NCBI GenBank assembly: GCA_050230475.1
Contig: JBFLGF010000132.1
Location: 1 to 64,000, forward strand
Length of the DNA: 64,000 nucleotides
Origin: Ancylonema sp.
Lineage: Eukaryota
Reading direction: 5' to 3'
The translations under genes were made by a program, and so were the position numbers. Shown here in pieces: positions 38,152 through 51,285 of the stretch. The notes beneath the pieces are model-generated. The model had not been told where the DNA came from. It saw only the letters and a list, made by a program, of their open reading frames with translations, and did no database searches. Every line of letters begins with the position of its first letter. Within the stretch, counting starts at the first letter, position 1.

Positions 38152-38762
38152 CAAACTTTTGCTTCTGGTGGGCGCCTAGTGAGGAAATGAGTGCAAAACG
38201 TTCGCCCTTCCGACTAGAAGCGTGGGCGGGGCCAAGGAAGGTCTGACCCGATCTGATCACGTGGTTATATTTCAATGTCACGTAATAGACTTGGGTGAAC
38301 AATTTTGGAATACACCTTATCATTAATCACACTTTAGACGCACAAGCCTCTTGCGTGATGAGCTCTAGTGTGATCTGTTCGAAGGGGGCATTGAGGGTGA
38401 AGCTGGGTTTTAATCTAATCGCACACTAAGGCGGATATGAATCTAGAAGTTCGTCGCTTGTATAAATGACAAGTTTTTCGTGGGTGAGAATTTATTTTTC
38501 TACCTATTAGGTCATGTCTTGTGGGAATAAGTGCTTAATCTGATGTAAAAAACTTCCTCGCTCATTGGGTGGCAAGGGTACAATAGTGATTGTTCGCCTG
38601 CCTCACTGTTTGACAATTTTCTCTTTCTTGTAGTTGTTAACGCAGCTATCGTTCTTGCGTAGGTGTTTCGTAGTATCGATGTACAGTGAAAGGATCGGAA
38701 ATGTTTAATGATTGTTACAACTTTTCACATCTGATGAAAACAATTCTTTACTGCATGTGTGT

Positions 38763-40385
38763 TTGTTTGAGAGCTTGTGATTGGGAAGCTCAAAGTGATC
38801 AAGAAAACATGACTTTGTCATGTTTGAAAGTGGGAGCCGCGTGTATGTAATTATGATTTCTTTGAATAATTGACAGAACTCAACATTATGTGTGCTCTCA
38901 AAGGATTGTGCAAACTTCGCATAGAAAATAACATGCAATAAAAAATTGATACAATCATCACCATTGAATCATCACCTTTCTTGGTGTGCAAATACGGAGA
39001 TTTACACGCATGTGATGACTTGGTGTCTTGGAAACATGTTTATTCTCATTGCTCTCATGAGGCGGCCGATAAATTGTCTATACAAAGGTATACAAAGGTA
39101 TCGAGATTGTTGGCACATCTGGCGATGTTAAATATTCTCTCTAGCTAGATTATGTGGGGGGGGGTCTATGGTACTTGTAGATGTGCTTAATCGTTCTCGC
39201 TACATGACCTGAGTTATTGCCAACTTTCGCCACTTTTTAAATTGTTGTGAAGTTTCAGAAAGGTTTTTTTGTCCACATATTGTATTCCGTGGTTTCCTGT
39301 TGTTGGGGTTCGTTTAAGTGACACCCATATGAAGTGACTGCCACCTCTTGCTACTGTTTTCCCTTTCCTTAAGTCTTCTATGTAATACATCGACATCCGC
39401 TTGAATACGGATGAGCCCATTGTGTCCCCCATCGTCCGTGTATCCGATCTGGCCACCACTTTCACACGACCCCCCCCAAGTCACGTATGGCCACATCGAG
39501 GCTCAATTTCCCGGTGTGCAAATTTTTAAGATGTTTTCGTACAGGTTCTCCCCAAAAAAACGCCCCAACGTAACCAAAAATTAATGAAAGTGAACACACA
39601 TAATCATAGATGGGTCAGCACCATGCGCAAGATTTGCGCACACGTGCCACACGCGCGCGCGAGCGCACGTGTGCGGCGCGCGTGCCGCACCGGGACAATT
39701 TCTGCAATCGACTGAAATTGGACAAAGTAGTGAGTACTGACCATTTTGCACTATAAGTAGTTCGATATAACGTCTTAGGCCCTAAACTGAATACTGCCAC
39801 GTTGTAACCGGTTCACCAAACACATTTCATGAATTTGGAAACATCCCGACACCCCTCGGGTGTAGGAAGTACCCCCCCCCCCCGGGGTAATAATAATAAT
39901 ATAATTCTAACGCCTATGGGTCAGCACTGTGCGCGAGATTTGCGCACGCGTGCGGGACGCGCACTTCAAAGACCCATCTATGCATCTACGTGAAGCAGTT
40001 TAATTTTTTTCAATACTATAAAACGTCTAGATGCTATGCCTGTTTGAACTTGTTTTCTTGAAATCCCNATTGTTTGAGAGCTTGTGATTGGGAAGCTCAA
40101 ATTGATCAAGAAAACATGAGATTGTCATGTTTGAAAGTGGGAGCGGCGTATATGTAATTATGATTTCTTTGTATAATTTACAGAACTCAACATTATGTGT
40201 GCTCTCAAAGGGACGTGCAAACTTCGCATAGGAAATAACACGCAATAAAAAATTGATACAATCATCACCTTTGAACAATAATTTCTTGGTGTACATATAC
40301 CGAGATTTACACGCATGTGATGACTTGGTGACATGGAAACATGTTTAATCTCATTGCTCTCACGAGGCGTCCGAGAAATTGTTAC
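38763..40385. repeat. Two diverged direct copies of a ~320-bp segment (~38763-39078 and ~40070-40385)
   Basis: Both begin ttgtttgagagcttgtgattgggaagctcaaa. The second starts right after an N at 40068. A shorter repeat (atgggtcagcac...gatttgcgcac) also occurs at ~39610 and ~39916. Confidence 0.8.
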
Positions 40386-41050
40386 TTAGGTATTTTCAAG
40401 GTACCTAAGTTTCATCAGTTCCTTTCAGCTGGTTGAAATAATCTGACATGGACCGTACTTCTGTACGATTTTTTCTACATCAGACTTTGTTGTTCGCGAT
40501 TGGCTGATTTTGCCGGATTTGACGATTTCTATGTTTTTTGAAGTTCGGATGATATGTCAGCGCTAACGTACCGTACTGTGATTGGCTTATTTTCAAGTTT
40601 TAGTCGGAAAATTTTGCATGAGAACCTTTCTATATTCTGTAGGTTGGTGTAAGTAGGGGGGCAACACTTACACCACCCGGTTAAGAGTTTCGCGTTCGTT
40701 GTAGCATGCGATTTTATGTGTGTTAGGCGGCCTAACACACATAGCTTGTAGTAGGGGGCCTAACTTAGGCCCTCTGCTACAACCCTGCATTTTTTTTTTT
40801 CTGACATCTACCCTCGTCCCTGTGGGATGTGCGATATGTGGCGAGAGGGGTCTGGCAAACCGGATGCTCGGTAACACTAGGACCCTCCCGTAACAAAGAG
40901 TATATATTTTAAACGCCAGCGAGCGCCTGTGTTAATTTGTTTCTTGATTCAAGCGCTCAAGCACTAGTTTTTTTTTTTTTTTTTTTCCAGTTATTTATAA
41001 ATTTTTGAAGTGTACATATTCAGGCATAAGAAAACGCCTATGCTTAAGAG

Positions 41051-41416
41051 TAGGGATGCGCTCCCCCCTCCCCCGACTCCCCCGTCCCCCGTCCTCTTAC
41101 GGGGGATCCGTCGTCCCCTTCTTCTAAAATTACGGGGGGATACGGGGGACGCAACTGCAGGTCGGGGAAACGCGGGAGTCGGGGAAATGCGGGGGAGGCC
41201 ACGGGGGAAACGGGGGAATTACGGGGGACACGGGGGAGTGGGATGGGTCTAGAATCTGGGCCCCACAGGCCAGGAACACGCCAGATTCTGGGTTGCCATC
41301 CGGTTTATCCTCCGTGCCCCCCGTTTTCCCCCGTTTCCTCCCCTGTGCCCCCCGTTGCCCCCCTATTAGCCCCCCTGTTCCCCCGTTTTCCCCCGTGTTC
41401 CCCGTATGCCAGCCGG
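41051..41416. mobile_element. Truncated second copy of the 34882 hAT MITE
   Basis: Same tagggatgcgctcccc start and colinear similarity for ~360 bp. The right end is missing. Confidence 0.85.
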
Positions 41417-43520
41417 TGAAGCTGGGCTATGTGAGAACTTTCTTCTGCCATCGATGCAAGAATAAAGTTCACTTCTTCTTAATCTCTTTGAATCAAGCAG
41501 ATCACGTCATTACAAACGTTGACACAACAAATGTGCAAGTTTGAAGTAGAAAGTATTGATTACAGAATTCAGCATGCAAGCTCAGACCTAATACAGTCGA
41601 TTGCTGCCTGGTCAAAGAATCTACTGCTATCGAAACTACTTCGTCAACTGCCAATCATATCTAAGCATTCTGCCACATCAACTAGTTCTTATCGACACTT
41701 GTGCCAGATGGCCAAGTAATCATTGAAACAAGGACATCGGCCTGCAGCCGGCCTGCAGCCTGCTCCTGCCTGCATTTGCTGAATAACGACAAAACTAAAG
41801 CTAAATTATTCCCGGTATTGCTAAAATCGATATAACGACAAAAGTTCACAACCCCCTAAAAACTAACACCCCCTCCCTGGGTACTTTTGTATTCCCCCTC
41901 CAAAAACGATAACCAAAACGATATCGATTTTACAAACATAAGTCGACAAAAACTCACAAAACTCACGGACTTCAACAAATTAAACATATCAATGAACCAT
42001 CTACAATTATTTTTCATACACCAACCCCACGAGATCACAATTCTTCTTCCACACCTTGACAGACACTGCTTTAGTCAACATATCAGCAGCCTGGTCTTCA
42101 CTCTTGACAAACTGTAGACTGATCTTTTTCTTGGACACCCACTCTCGAATGGAATGATACTTGATCTCTATGTGGTTGGAGTGCTTGTGAAAAACAGGAT
42201 TCTCAGCAAGTTTCAAAGAACTCTCATTATCTCCCAGCAATAGCACACTCCCCCCACCGAGACCCAACTCCTTTTGCATCTGGCTCAAATAAATGGCCTC
42301 ATTTCTAGCAGCACTCAATGCCAAATACTCACTTTCACAACTTGAGTGTGTGACTGTCTCCAGCAGACCACTTTTCCAGCTCACAGCAGCTCCTCCACTA
42401 AGAAAGACATAGCCAGTTCTCCCCTTCCTAGTGTCGACGTCGTCCCATGACTAGCATCTGAGTAACCCATGACTGGCAAATCACCTCCTTTCTTATACAT
42501 CAGCCCCAAATTGACAGTTTCCTTGAGATATCGCAAGACTCTCTTTACCCCCTCCCAATGCTTGTCCCCTGGCTGCTGACTGTATCGACACAAGGAGTTA
42601 ACAGCAGGTGCCAGATCAGGTCTTGTTCCAAAAGTAAGATACAGCAAACTGCCCATTGCAGACTTGTAGCCCACACCCTCTATTCCAATAGATTCAGAAG
42701 CAGATTCACAGTTTGCGGAAAATTTTACACCCAGCTCAAGAGGAGTATGAGCAAAATTGCAATCTTGCATCCCAAACTTGGTGAGGATATCTCTGGCATA
42801 TTTCTCTTGCACCAAAAACACGTTCCCATCAGACTGCCGTCGAATCTCAAGCCCCAGCAAGAATTTTGCTTCCCCCGGGTCTTTCATGTTATACTTCTTT
42901 CCCAGTCCTCTTTTCACCCCAAAAATAGTATCGAGTCTGATGCAGAGGAGAAACACATCATCCACATAGAGTGTCAAGTAGAGTGCTTCTGGCACTTCTC
43001 CCAGAATATAAAGGCCAAAATCTGAAGCCAGACCATGAAACTGCAAGCTTTTCAGCACGTCGTCGATGTGCTGATTCCATCCTCTCGGTGCCTGCTTGAG
43101 GCCATACAAGCACCTGAATAGTAGCCACACCAAATCTGCTTCACCAAGCCCACACGTGCCGTCAGGGGCCTTCATGTACACCTCCTCTTCCAGGGGTGCA
43201 TGGAGAAAAGCTGTCGTTACATCCATCTGATGCATGTGTAGACCCCTGGAAGCTCCCATGGCAACAAGTTGGCGAATGCTCTCAAAACGAACAGTTGGAG
43301 AAAAGGTCTGATCGTAGTCCTCTCCCTCTACTTGACTGAATCCCTTAGCCACAATTCTTGCTTTGTATTTTTCTACACAACCATCTGCATTGAATTTGAT
43401 TTTGAACACCCACTTTGACTTCACAACTTTCTTCCCCTTCGGCCTTGACACAAGTCGATAGACCTGGTTCTCTTGTAGACTTGCCATTTTTGCAGCCATT
43501 GCATCTTTCCACTCTGCTCC
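41417..43520 (-). mobile_element. Ty1/copia retrotransposon 3' fragment (RT-RNase H, PPT, probable 3' LTR), degenerate
   Basis: RT motifs KWVFKIK, YKARIVAKGFSQ, QMDVTTAFL, LYGLKQAPR, LYVDD. RNase H motifs GYSDA, SCESEY, GDNES, KHSNHIEIKYH, QAADMLTK. A 1-nt frameshift at ~42445. Purine tract agggaggggg is followed by TGTTAG at 41868, with a probable LTR end ...cttCA at 41417. gag, protease and integrase are absent. Confidence 0.9.
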
Positions 43521-45482
43521 TGCATCAACTTCTCGTGCGCTAGTAAGATTTTCTATAATGTCAACAATTTTTCAGGACAAAGTTTTATCTCAAATACAAG
43601 GAGTAGATTGCAACGTTCCTTCTCATGTGTTTCGATCATGACAACGTGTCCAATTAGCGTACATTTGTACCCTTTAAACACCATAATTCCCTAGATGCTT
43701 ACATATGTTAATGCTCAAATCTTCGTGCGATGATACATTCCCGGTTTCACTCTTGTCATGCCACATGCAATTATAAAATCCAATTCTTATTATTCGTCCC
43801 TTCATCTTCATTACCAAACAACCTTACGCATATTGTTCTACTTTTACGCTCCTAATGTTCTCTACTCCAATGTTCCTAAAAAGATTTCGGTAAACAAAAA
43901 TCCACCACGCCTTGTGTTGAAAACATATGAAGACCGCACCTTATTTTAACGACAACAATAAGTTTTGTTACTTGTAATTTTAACCATAAGTGACGGGCAG
44001 CCGCAACTTTCTCTCCATTCATGTATATGTTTTTACCCCGTAAATGTTGAGGAGGTGAATATATGATTTTCCACGGAACCGAGGGAAACCCTGAATAACA
44101 CTCGGTTCGCCCAATCCCGCACCGGTTTCATCACGGAACCGGTTTCCCAAAATAATAAAGCATATTCGTCCAACTACGGATGTGGCAAGTTTTTTTTTGT
44201 TTTTTTTTGTTTTGTTTTGTTTTGTTTTTTTTTTTTGTGGTTTCGATTCTCACCCAATGAGCGAGGTTCCGATCCGGTTCCGGTTCCGGTTTCGGATTGG
44301 AACCGGTCATATAGTTCTTGGTTGGAGCGGTTACAAATGTGTTCGGAAACGCTCAGAACCATTGTGACACCGAAGAGGAAAATAGAAAAGTGAAATGCAT
44401 TGACAATTTTAAAAAAAAGGGAATAATATAACTCCAGCCGTTTATTTCATATATTTTATTTACGATCCTTACATCAATTTCTTTCGATGGAGATCTCAAC
44501 TTCTCGAGCACTCAACACATAGTGTCACCAACCATATATTTGTACCTTCCCGTCGGTGTCACAAACCGACGCGATGAATATGCATACCGATATTCGTACT
44601 ATAGTTGTTGGATCCTGATTGTTCGATCCTTGATCCTATTAGATCCGGATCTCTTCCAATCCAGATCAAAACCGGATACAATATTCGGTCAGATCGCGAC
44701 ACAAGGAAGAACATGATAAAGGAGGGGAAAATTTTAGGGGATTCATAAGCTACATTCGGTGCATATTGATATTTTCGTTTGTATTTGAACTCCCACCTTA
44801 TGATCGGGGTTCCTTCCCAACCCCGATCCGGATTGGATCCGGACCGCAACATGTCCAATCGGATCGTGGCGAACTATCGGGGCGATCGTTTAGTGCAACG
44901 TTGTGTGCAACGATGTACACTGCATGGGGATTTCATATATGCATTGTAAGCAGCCAACTGTCACTGCAGCAAAGACGTTGAGTGCTCATTCATTTTCGAT
45001 TACCGGACCTTGCGTTGCCTCGCGTGAAAAAAAAAAGATTTACCATTGTTTGTTGAGAAATTGATAACAGATTCTTCACCTAAAATATATAAACGCACGC
45101 CACGGAAGCGCATCATCTACCCTAGTCGAAACCGACCCGTTGAAGGTCAACACGCACATGGACGGTGGGCATACCACCAACACCGACATCGCCGCAGACA
45201 ATAGTATTGGCATCCGTGGGTCTTCTCCTCAAGGAATCGAGATAACAAGATTCGGGAGGAGTCCGAACCGGATTCGGGCCAAAGTCCGACGGACCGGCAA
45301 GATTTGTGCCCGTCGGTGCAACTATTTTTTTTCGGCGATGATTCGAGGGCCTCTCGTCAACTGAGTCAACGTTACTACAAAGTAACATTGCATACCGATG
45401 GATTAGGCACAACTGCGTGACGGGCTGAAGTATCATTCGGTAAATAGATGAAGAGCATCTAAAATTAATAACATAATACGCC

Positions 45483-46326
45483 TACCGTACTGGCCACACG
45501 TAATGGATGACCCTCAAGTAAAGGGTCGGGTCTAATTAAATATATGTTTTCCCGTAAAGAGAGGGTCATTCTATAATGTGGGTCACTAGATAGTAAATAT
45601 ATTGCAGTGGCCACACATAATGAGCCGGGTTTTGAAAAATGAATCAATTTATGTAATGAACCACCACTTGACCCAACCCGCGCACCCAATAGAAAATTTA
45701 TCAAACTCGTGACAATTATTTGTAATCTGGTGACCCACATTATATGACCCACTTGAATGACCCACTTTTTACAAACCATAAACCATTTAACTTAACCCGA
45801 CCTACCCTATTCATAATACTTTAGTCATTCTGTGTGGCCAGTATGGTAATTCGGGAGTTTGGGAAACTTTCTATTGGGTGCGTGGATCAATAAATGGTGA
45901 TTCATTTGCTAAAATTTATTCATGTGCTAGAAATCCGGGACGTTATGTGTGGCCTCTACGGTATGTGAGTCCAACGTACAAATACGCTCTAAATAAACGC
46001 GAAAAAGAAAAAAAGCCCAAGTAAAAACGCTGATGTACTTATGTGAGTTGATGTTTGGATGTAAGTTGATGTACATATTCATTATACTGTAGTGGCCATA
46101 CATAATGACCCGGGTTTTAAAAAACGAATTAATTTATCCAAGAAACCACCACTTGACCCGATCCGCGCACCCAATTGCAAATTTCACAAAATCCTGAAAA
46201 ACATATACTATCCGGTGACCCACATTATAGAATGAACCACTTTTTAAAAAAACTGGATTAATTAATTTGACCCGACGCACCCTTTTCATAATTATTTGAG
46301 GGTCATTATGTGTGGCCAGTACGGTG
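45483..46326. mobile_element. Cluster of short MITEs with (c/t)gta(c/g)tggccacacataatgaccc termini
   Basis: Two similar ~240-bp units (~45603-45848 and ~46086-46326) bounded by inverted tggccacacataatga / tcatt(a/c)tgtgtggcca, plus a diverged inverted pair at ~45483 and ~45963. Confidence 0.7.
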
Positions 46327-46776
46327 TATGTTTTGTTAGGTCTTACATGTATAAACATGCGGGTAAATATATCTTGCAAGGTCCGCGCCATTTCAAAGTA
46401 GGAATAACACTCACAATCGCATTTGTTCATCACCCGTCTAGATTGTGTTCGAATCTGGCGTTCGGAACTACTCACAACGTAGACGTACCCTCCACCCCTT
46501 CCTACCACTTCAAATATCCTCATCTACAAGATAGTAGGATGCCTCGCAAGTGATCCTTTGTTGTTGATCGCTCGAGCTATGTCTATCCACGCAACAAAGG
46601 TGGCAGAGGTGAAGTTCATCAAGTTCATAACCAAATCACACCCTCTAACACATTCCTACCAAGGCCAGCCTGTGAATTACAAGCCTGAGATTCAATTTAC
46701 AAACATGATCTGCACATGCAACGCACCATAATTATAACAACTGATAGCTTACGACTGAGAGACCAAGGAAGGAGCC

Positions 46777-49700
46777 TCAATCTTTCCCGCCAACATCCAG
46801 GGTCTCTAAAGCAGGTGGGCCCAGAGGGTTATGGGCCTCTATATCCAGGTGTCGGATTTCAGGCACCAGTTTCGTGATCTCTTTCTCGAGTCTGTCCACT
46901 TCAGCGCCGAGGGCCGTCATCAGCTCCTCTCCTGCACACACACAGAAAGGAGTCAAAAACGAAATCAGCTCTCAACGAAGACGGAAAACAAAATCGTTGT
47001 TGAAACCTTGAAAAAGGGGGGACGGCAGTGGAACTGTTTATAAAGCGCGTGCGTAGGTTTGAGCTTGGACGTTTAAAAAGGATGAGGACTGACAGATCCA
47101 AAAGTGGGTGGAGTGATAAGGATATTGTAAGGAGACCATGAGTGGAGGGCGAGAGAGCCGGGAGTGTGTATCTCAACTCTTACCATAGTTTTCCATTACT
47201 AGATCTAGGTCTCGGTCTTCCCCTGTGCCAACCGCAGCTCGCACCTGCAATGAAGCACAAGGCAAGGCACATGAGTAGAGCCGATGAGTGCAGCAGCTTT
47301 GCTTCACTCTTGGCAACAATGCAGACTTGTTCAAACTTTCTCGCGACTTGTCTGGCTACCCATCGCTTCATTGTTCTTTTTTTGCAGAAAACAAGGGGTG
47401 GTCATAGAGAAAGGATCTGAATCCTTACATCTTGGTACAGGACCTTCCTTCCCACGCGCAGAAGGTAGTTCTTCACGATGGCGTTGCCGTTGAAATCTGC
47501 AGTGGCAACAAGGGAAAAAAAAAATTGGTCACATCTGAGAGGTGCGCTCTCGGAGAAAGTTGACAGTTCGAACACAAATTAGGAGCAGAAAATCTATGTA
47601 CAAAAAATACATCCCCATCCACTGGAGCAGCATTACCTATCTCTGCTTTGAACCGGTATGCACTTGGCCCAATGACTTCAGACTTGCAGTCCCACACGGC
47701 ATCCACCACCTGTACAGAGGCACAGAGGAAACTTTAATACAAAACGCACAGCAGGTCAGGGGAAGCCATCTGTCTTTTCTTCTACGGCTTCTGCTGCCTG
47801 GGAGATCATACAATGATCAGTTTCCACTTCCTCAATGACAAGTCATGTTGAACTGTACGGTAGTAGGGGACGGAAACGAGACCGGTACCGGGTCGTTCTT
47901 CAGGAATTCGATGACGACGTGCATGTCGTGTGCGTCCATCGATCGTCCCAACAAGGACTCACGGTTGCGACCAATCAACACAACAGCCACCTGCAAACGA
48001 CCACACATGCACTCACAATTCATTGCACGCATTTTTGGAGATTGAGTAAACTATGCCTATAAACGAACACAGACACCCGGGGCTAAGTAGTTGTAATTTG
48101 ATAAAAACAAGTAAGGAAAAAAATAGAGAAAAAAGTGGGGGGGGAGACACGACTCACCATTCCCATGAGGCCACCGACTGCAATCGAACCAAGAGCATCG
48201 TAGATCGGGTTTCCAGTATAATGCACGGCGGCCATAGATGCTGCTGCTATACCTAATCCCGTCACTGCTGCCCCATCCTTCCCAACCACCACCCCAACCA
48301 CACTCCACACGTAGTTGATCTGCCGTCCGGCATTCAATATTTTTTTGGCGGAGACACTCAAAAACAAAAAGCTGCACTTTGAAGCTATAGATACACGTTC
48401 GCCTCATGTCCTGTCCAGCTTTCGGAATGGCAGCAGCAGTGAGTAGCGGACAGAGGAAACAGGAATGGATGGCAACAGAATACCTCCATCATGACTGCCA
48501 CAGCCGTTGGATCATGGCCCCTCCAGAGATAGTTTTTGAATGACATGCCTTCGTTCCTTGCTCCGGCCGCAACTGCTCTCAAAGCTATGTACAATGAACC
48601 TCCTGCCACACCACATACACAGATATAAGTACAGATATGAGTACGGATGTAAGTACGGATGTAAGTACGGATATAAGTACGAATATAAGTAGGATAAAAA
48701 AGGTACAGATATAAGTACAGATATAAGTACGGATATAAGTACGGATGTAAGTACAGATATAAGTACGGATATAAGTACAGAACAGGGAAAGAAGAACTGT
48801 ACTGCACTGCATTCTTCCGAGACAAGGACGAAATCTTCACAGCGATTGGTGAGGAAGGAGCGTCTCACCCTCAAGAATTACAGATGCACCAATGACTCCT
48901 CCAGCTAAATATACATTTTGAACCTCCTGCATGCGCAAGGGCACGTCAATTCACATGCATCTGCAAAATGCACTGCATCTGTATCTGAATCTGAATCTGA
49001 TTGTTCCTCTCAGCAAGATAGGGTTGGAGAAGCTGTTGCACAGACACGTGTGAAAACTCCTCTTGATGTTTTTGCAAACACTGGTCGATGGTTTTCACCT
49101 CAGGACTCCACAGACACTGTACACCGTGCATGATAGTGACCCCGGATCCCAAACAGAAGATTCCTGTTGCCGATATCAATGCCCAGACAAACCGCTCCTT
49201 TGTATACCCATACCTGCAACCGTGGGATTGCAACGAGGAGAAGGAAGAAAACGGAAGGTAAGCCACTAGCAGTAGCCTTCACACCAAGGAGACTGCAGGA
49301 AAGCAAGTGATGAAACTTACGGATGCGAGGCGTCAGGAGCACGTTTGGAACTCGCCAGACCATACGCCAGTAGACCCTGAAAGCATGAATTGCAACACGA
49401 GATTGGGTAAGGCCACCCAGTAGCAGGCATGAAGGAGAAGGGAGAGATCCTGACCTGGTTGCACAAGTCGGCCAACGAGTGCACTGCCTCTGCCAGCATG
49501 ACACTGCTTCTCGTGGTGAAGTACACGCCTAGCTTCATGGCAAGCACAAGGCCGTTGCAGATAAGGGCATACTTCACTGCCCTCTTGCTGAAAGGGTTCC
49601 ACGGTGGTGGAAGGGAAGGTGTGAGCTACAGCTCTCAGAAGTTATCAGATTCGCGCCTGATTCATGTGAGTAGAGCTTATGCATTGGTAAGGTATGATGC

Positions 49701-50735
49701 GCATAAGGTAGATGCGGACAACAGTGCATTTGCAGCGTAGGTCTTCTGTTGCACGCACAGAAGAAAGGTGTTGATAAGGTTCACTTGTAACAGAGGGGAA
49801 TTACATTAACGATGACGTGCAATTGATAAACAGAGTCCATCTAGTCAAGTACCTGTGAGCATCATCGTCTAGCAGAGACGGTGGTGACCGTTTTACTGCA
49901 GAGATGAGGCCGCGCAACCTTCAGTTAAAGCAGGAAGTGACATCGTACATACATGCTGTTAAAAGAAGCTGAATACCGGATCTCAATATTATCCGGTATT
50001 GAACAACCCCTTTGACCCTGCACTTTTGATGTCGTGTGTTCTCCTCCCTCTATCAACCTTCCTGGCTTCCTGACTGGGATATGAATTTTTGCAGATGGAC
50101 CTTCTGTCCATGGAGTGAACATACGTGGAAATACTGGACCCCAATGATGCTTATGGTTGCTCTATACGGCTACATGTGTGCACAATTGTGCACAACCTCC
50201 TTCGTTGATATGTCATTTTACGTATTGTACCTTTGGAATCGTTGGAAGTATTCAATAGGGGCTGCAACACTGGAGATGGAGTTCCAGGTGCTGATGATGA
50301 GTAAGTACTCCCTAACAGTCTCCGCCCGAGTCCAGATGCTGCTGATATGCTACCGATTGATAGAAGATCAGGGATGTGCGGCTGGGAATACTGACCACCC
50401 ACCTCCAAGTTACTGCCATTATTACTGTGTCGATTATGAATTACGTCTAAGACCGTGAACACAGCTCTACGTCTACAGCTGTCAGGGTCCTCGTCGTTTC
50501 TGTAGGTCCCTCCCAGAATTGTTCGACATGCAGGGACTAATCCTATTTTTTTCCGTTTTTTTTCTTCAGAAGAACTAAAATAATGACAGCTAAAACTGTA
50601 TGTTTCAGGGGTATGCGATCGTGAAGGCAGTCGCTCAACACGCCGTACTACGCCAGAATTTGTACAGAAGCTCTGTGCCAGATTATTTACGCCAGTAGCC
50701 CTTGCAAACTGCCGTAATCCACGAACTCTGTTCAT
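46777..50735 (-). CDS. MTP7: Metal tolerance protein MTP7 (MTPc4)/SLC30A9-type cation diffusion facilitator
   Basis: Spliced motifs MLAEAVHSLADLCNQ, RAPDASHPYGYTKERFVWALISATGIFCLGSG, DPTAVAVMMEDGAAVTGL, YDALGSIAVGGL, DCKSEVIGPSAYRFKAEIDFNG, GEELMTALGAEVDRLEKEI..IRHLDIEAHNP. Stop at 46779-46777. The Arg/Ser-rich N-terminus resembles an organellar targeting peptide; 5' exons are uncertain. Confidence 0.92.
48618..48780. repeat. 12-bp intronic minisatellite (atataagtac(a/g)g)
   Basis: Tandem copies inside an MTP7 intron. Confidence 0.9.
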
Positions 50736-51285
50736 TTTTGTCAGGAGGCACTAGTGGCTCCAGCCATTGCCCCTACAGGAGCTAGGCGGAGAGGGAATTA
50801 AATAGGTGAAAACTCCTGAAAAAAAATAGGCAGTCCAAAAGGCCGGGGTGGTGTTAGCTACAGGGTCGGCCGTTCGAGGGTTCTCGGCGGGCCCGCTGGT
50901 CACCACCCTCCGCAGCCGGAATTTCCTTCGCAATCGAGTGAGGCCTGGTTACCGCCTCCCTAACGCACCGGAGAAATCGACGTGCTCGTAATCTACCATG
51001 GAACTGGTGGTGGAGCAGTGAATGAGGGGGACCGGGGAATACATGGCGTCCCTGTCTGATGCAATCTGGAAGCGATGTTTAAATTAGTGGAGTTGACGTA
51101 GTTTTTGCGTGGGGGGGGGGGTGTAAGCCATGAGGTGCGTCGAGGCTACGTAGCTTACAGATTGGTTATCGTTATCATCAGCATGCCTGGATCTGAAGGG
51201 CGCCATTTCGGGAAGATTGTGGACCTCATGCGTGCATCAATTCCGACACTGACTTTGGATTATCAACTTGTATGCAACAAGTATA

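Noticed and set aside
40068..40385. Recent tandem duplication or solo-LTR pair with 38763-39078
   Set aside because: The copies are diverged, lack clear TG...CA ends, and the second begins at an N, so the junction may be an assembly join.
51180..51235. CATGC motifs as iron-deficiency (IDE1-like) elements upstream of BTS
   Set aside because: A 5-mer is expected by chance at this frequency, and there is no further support.
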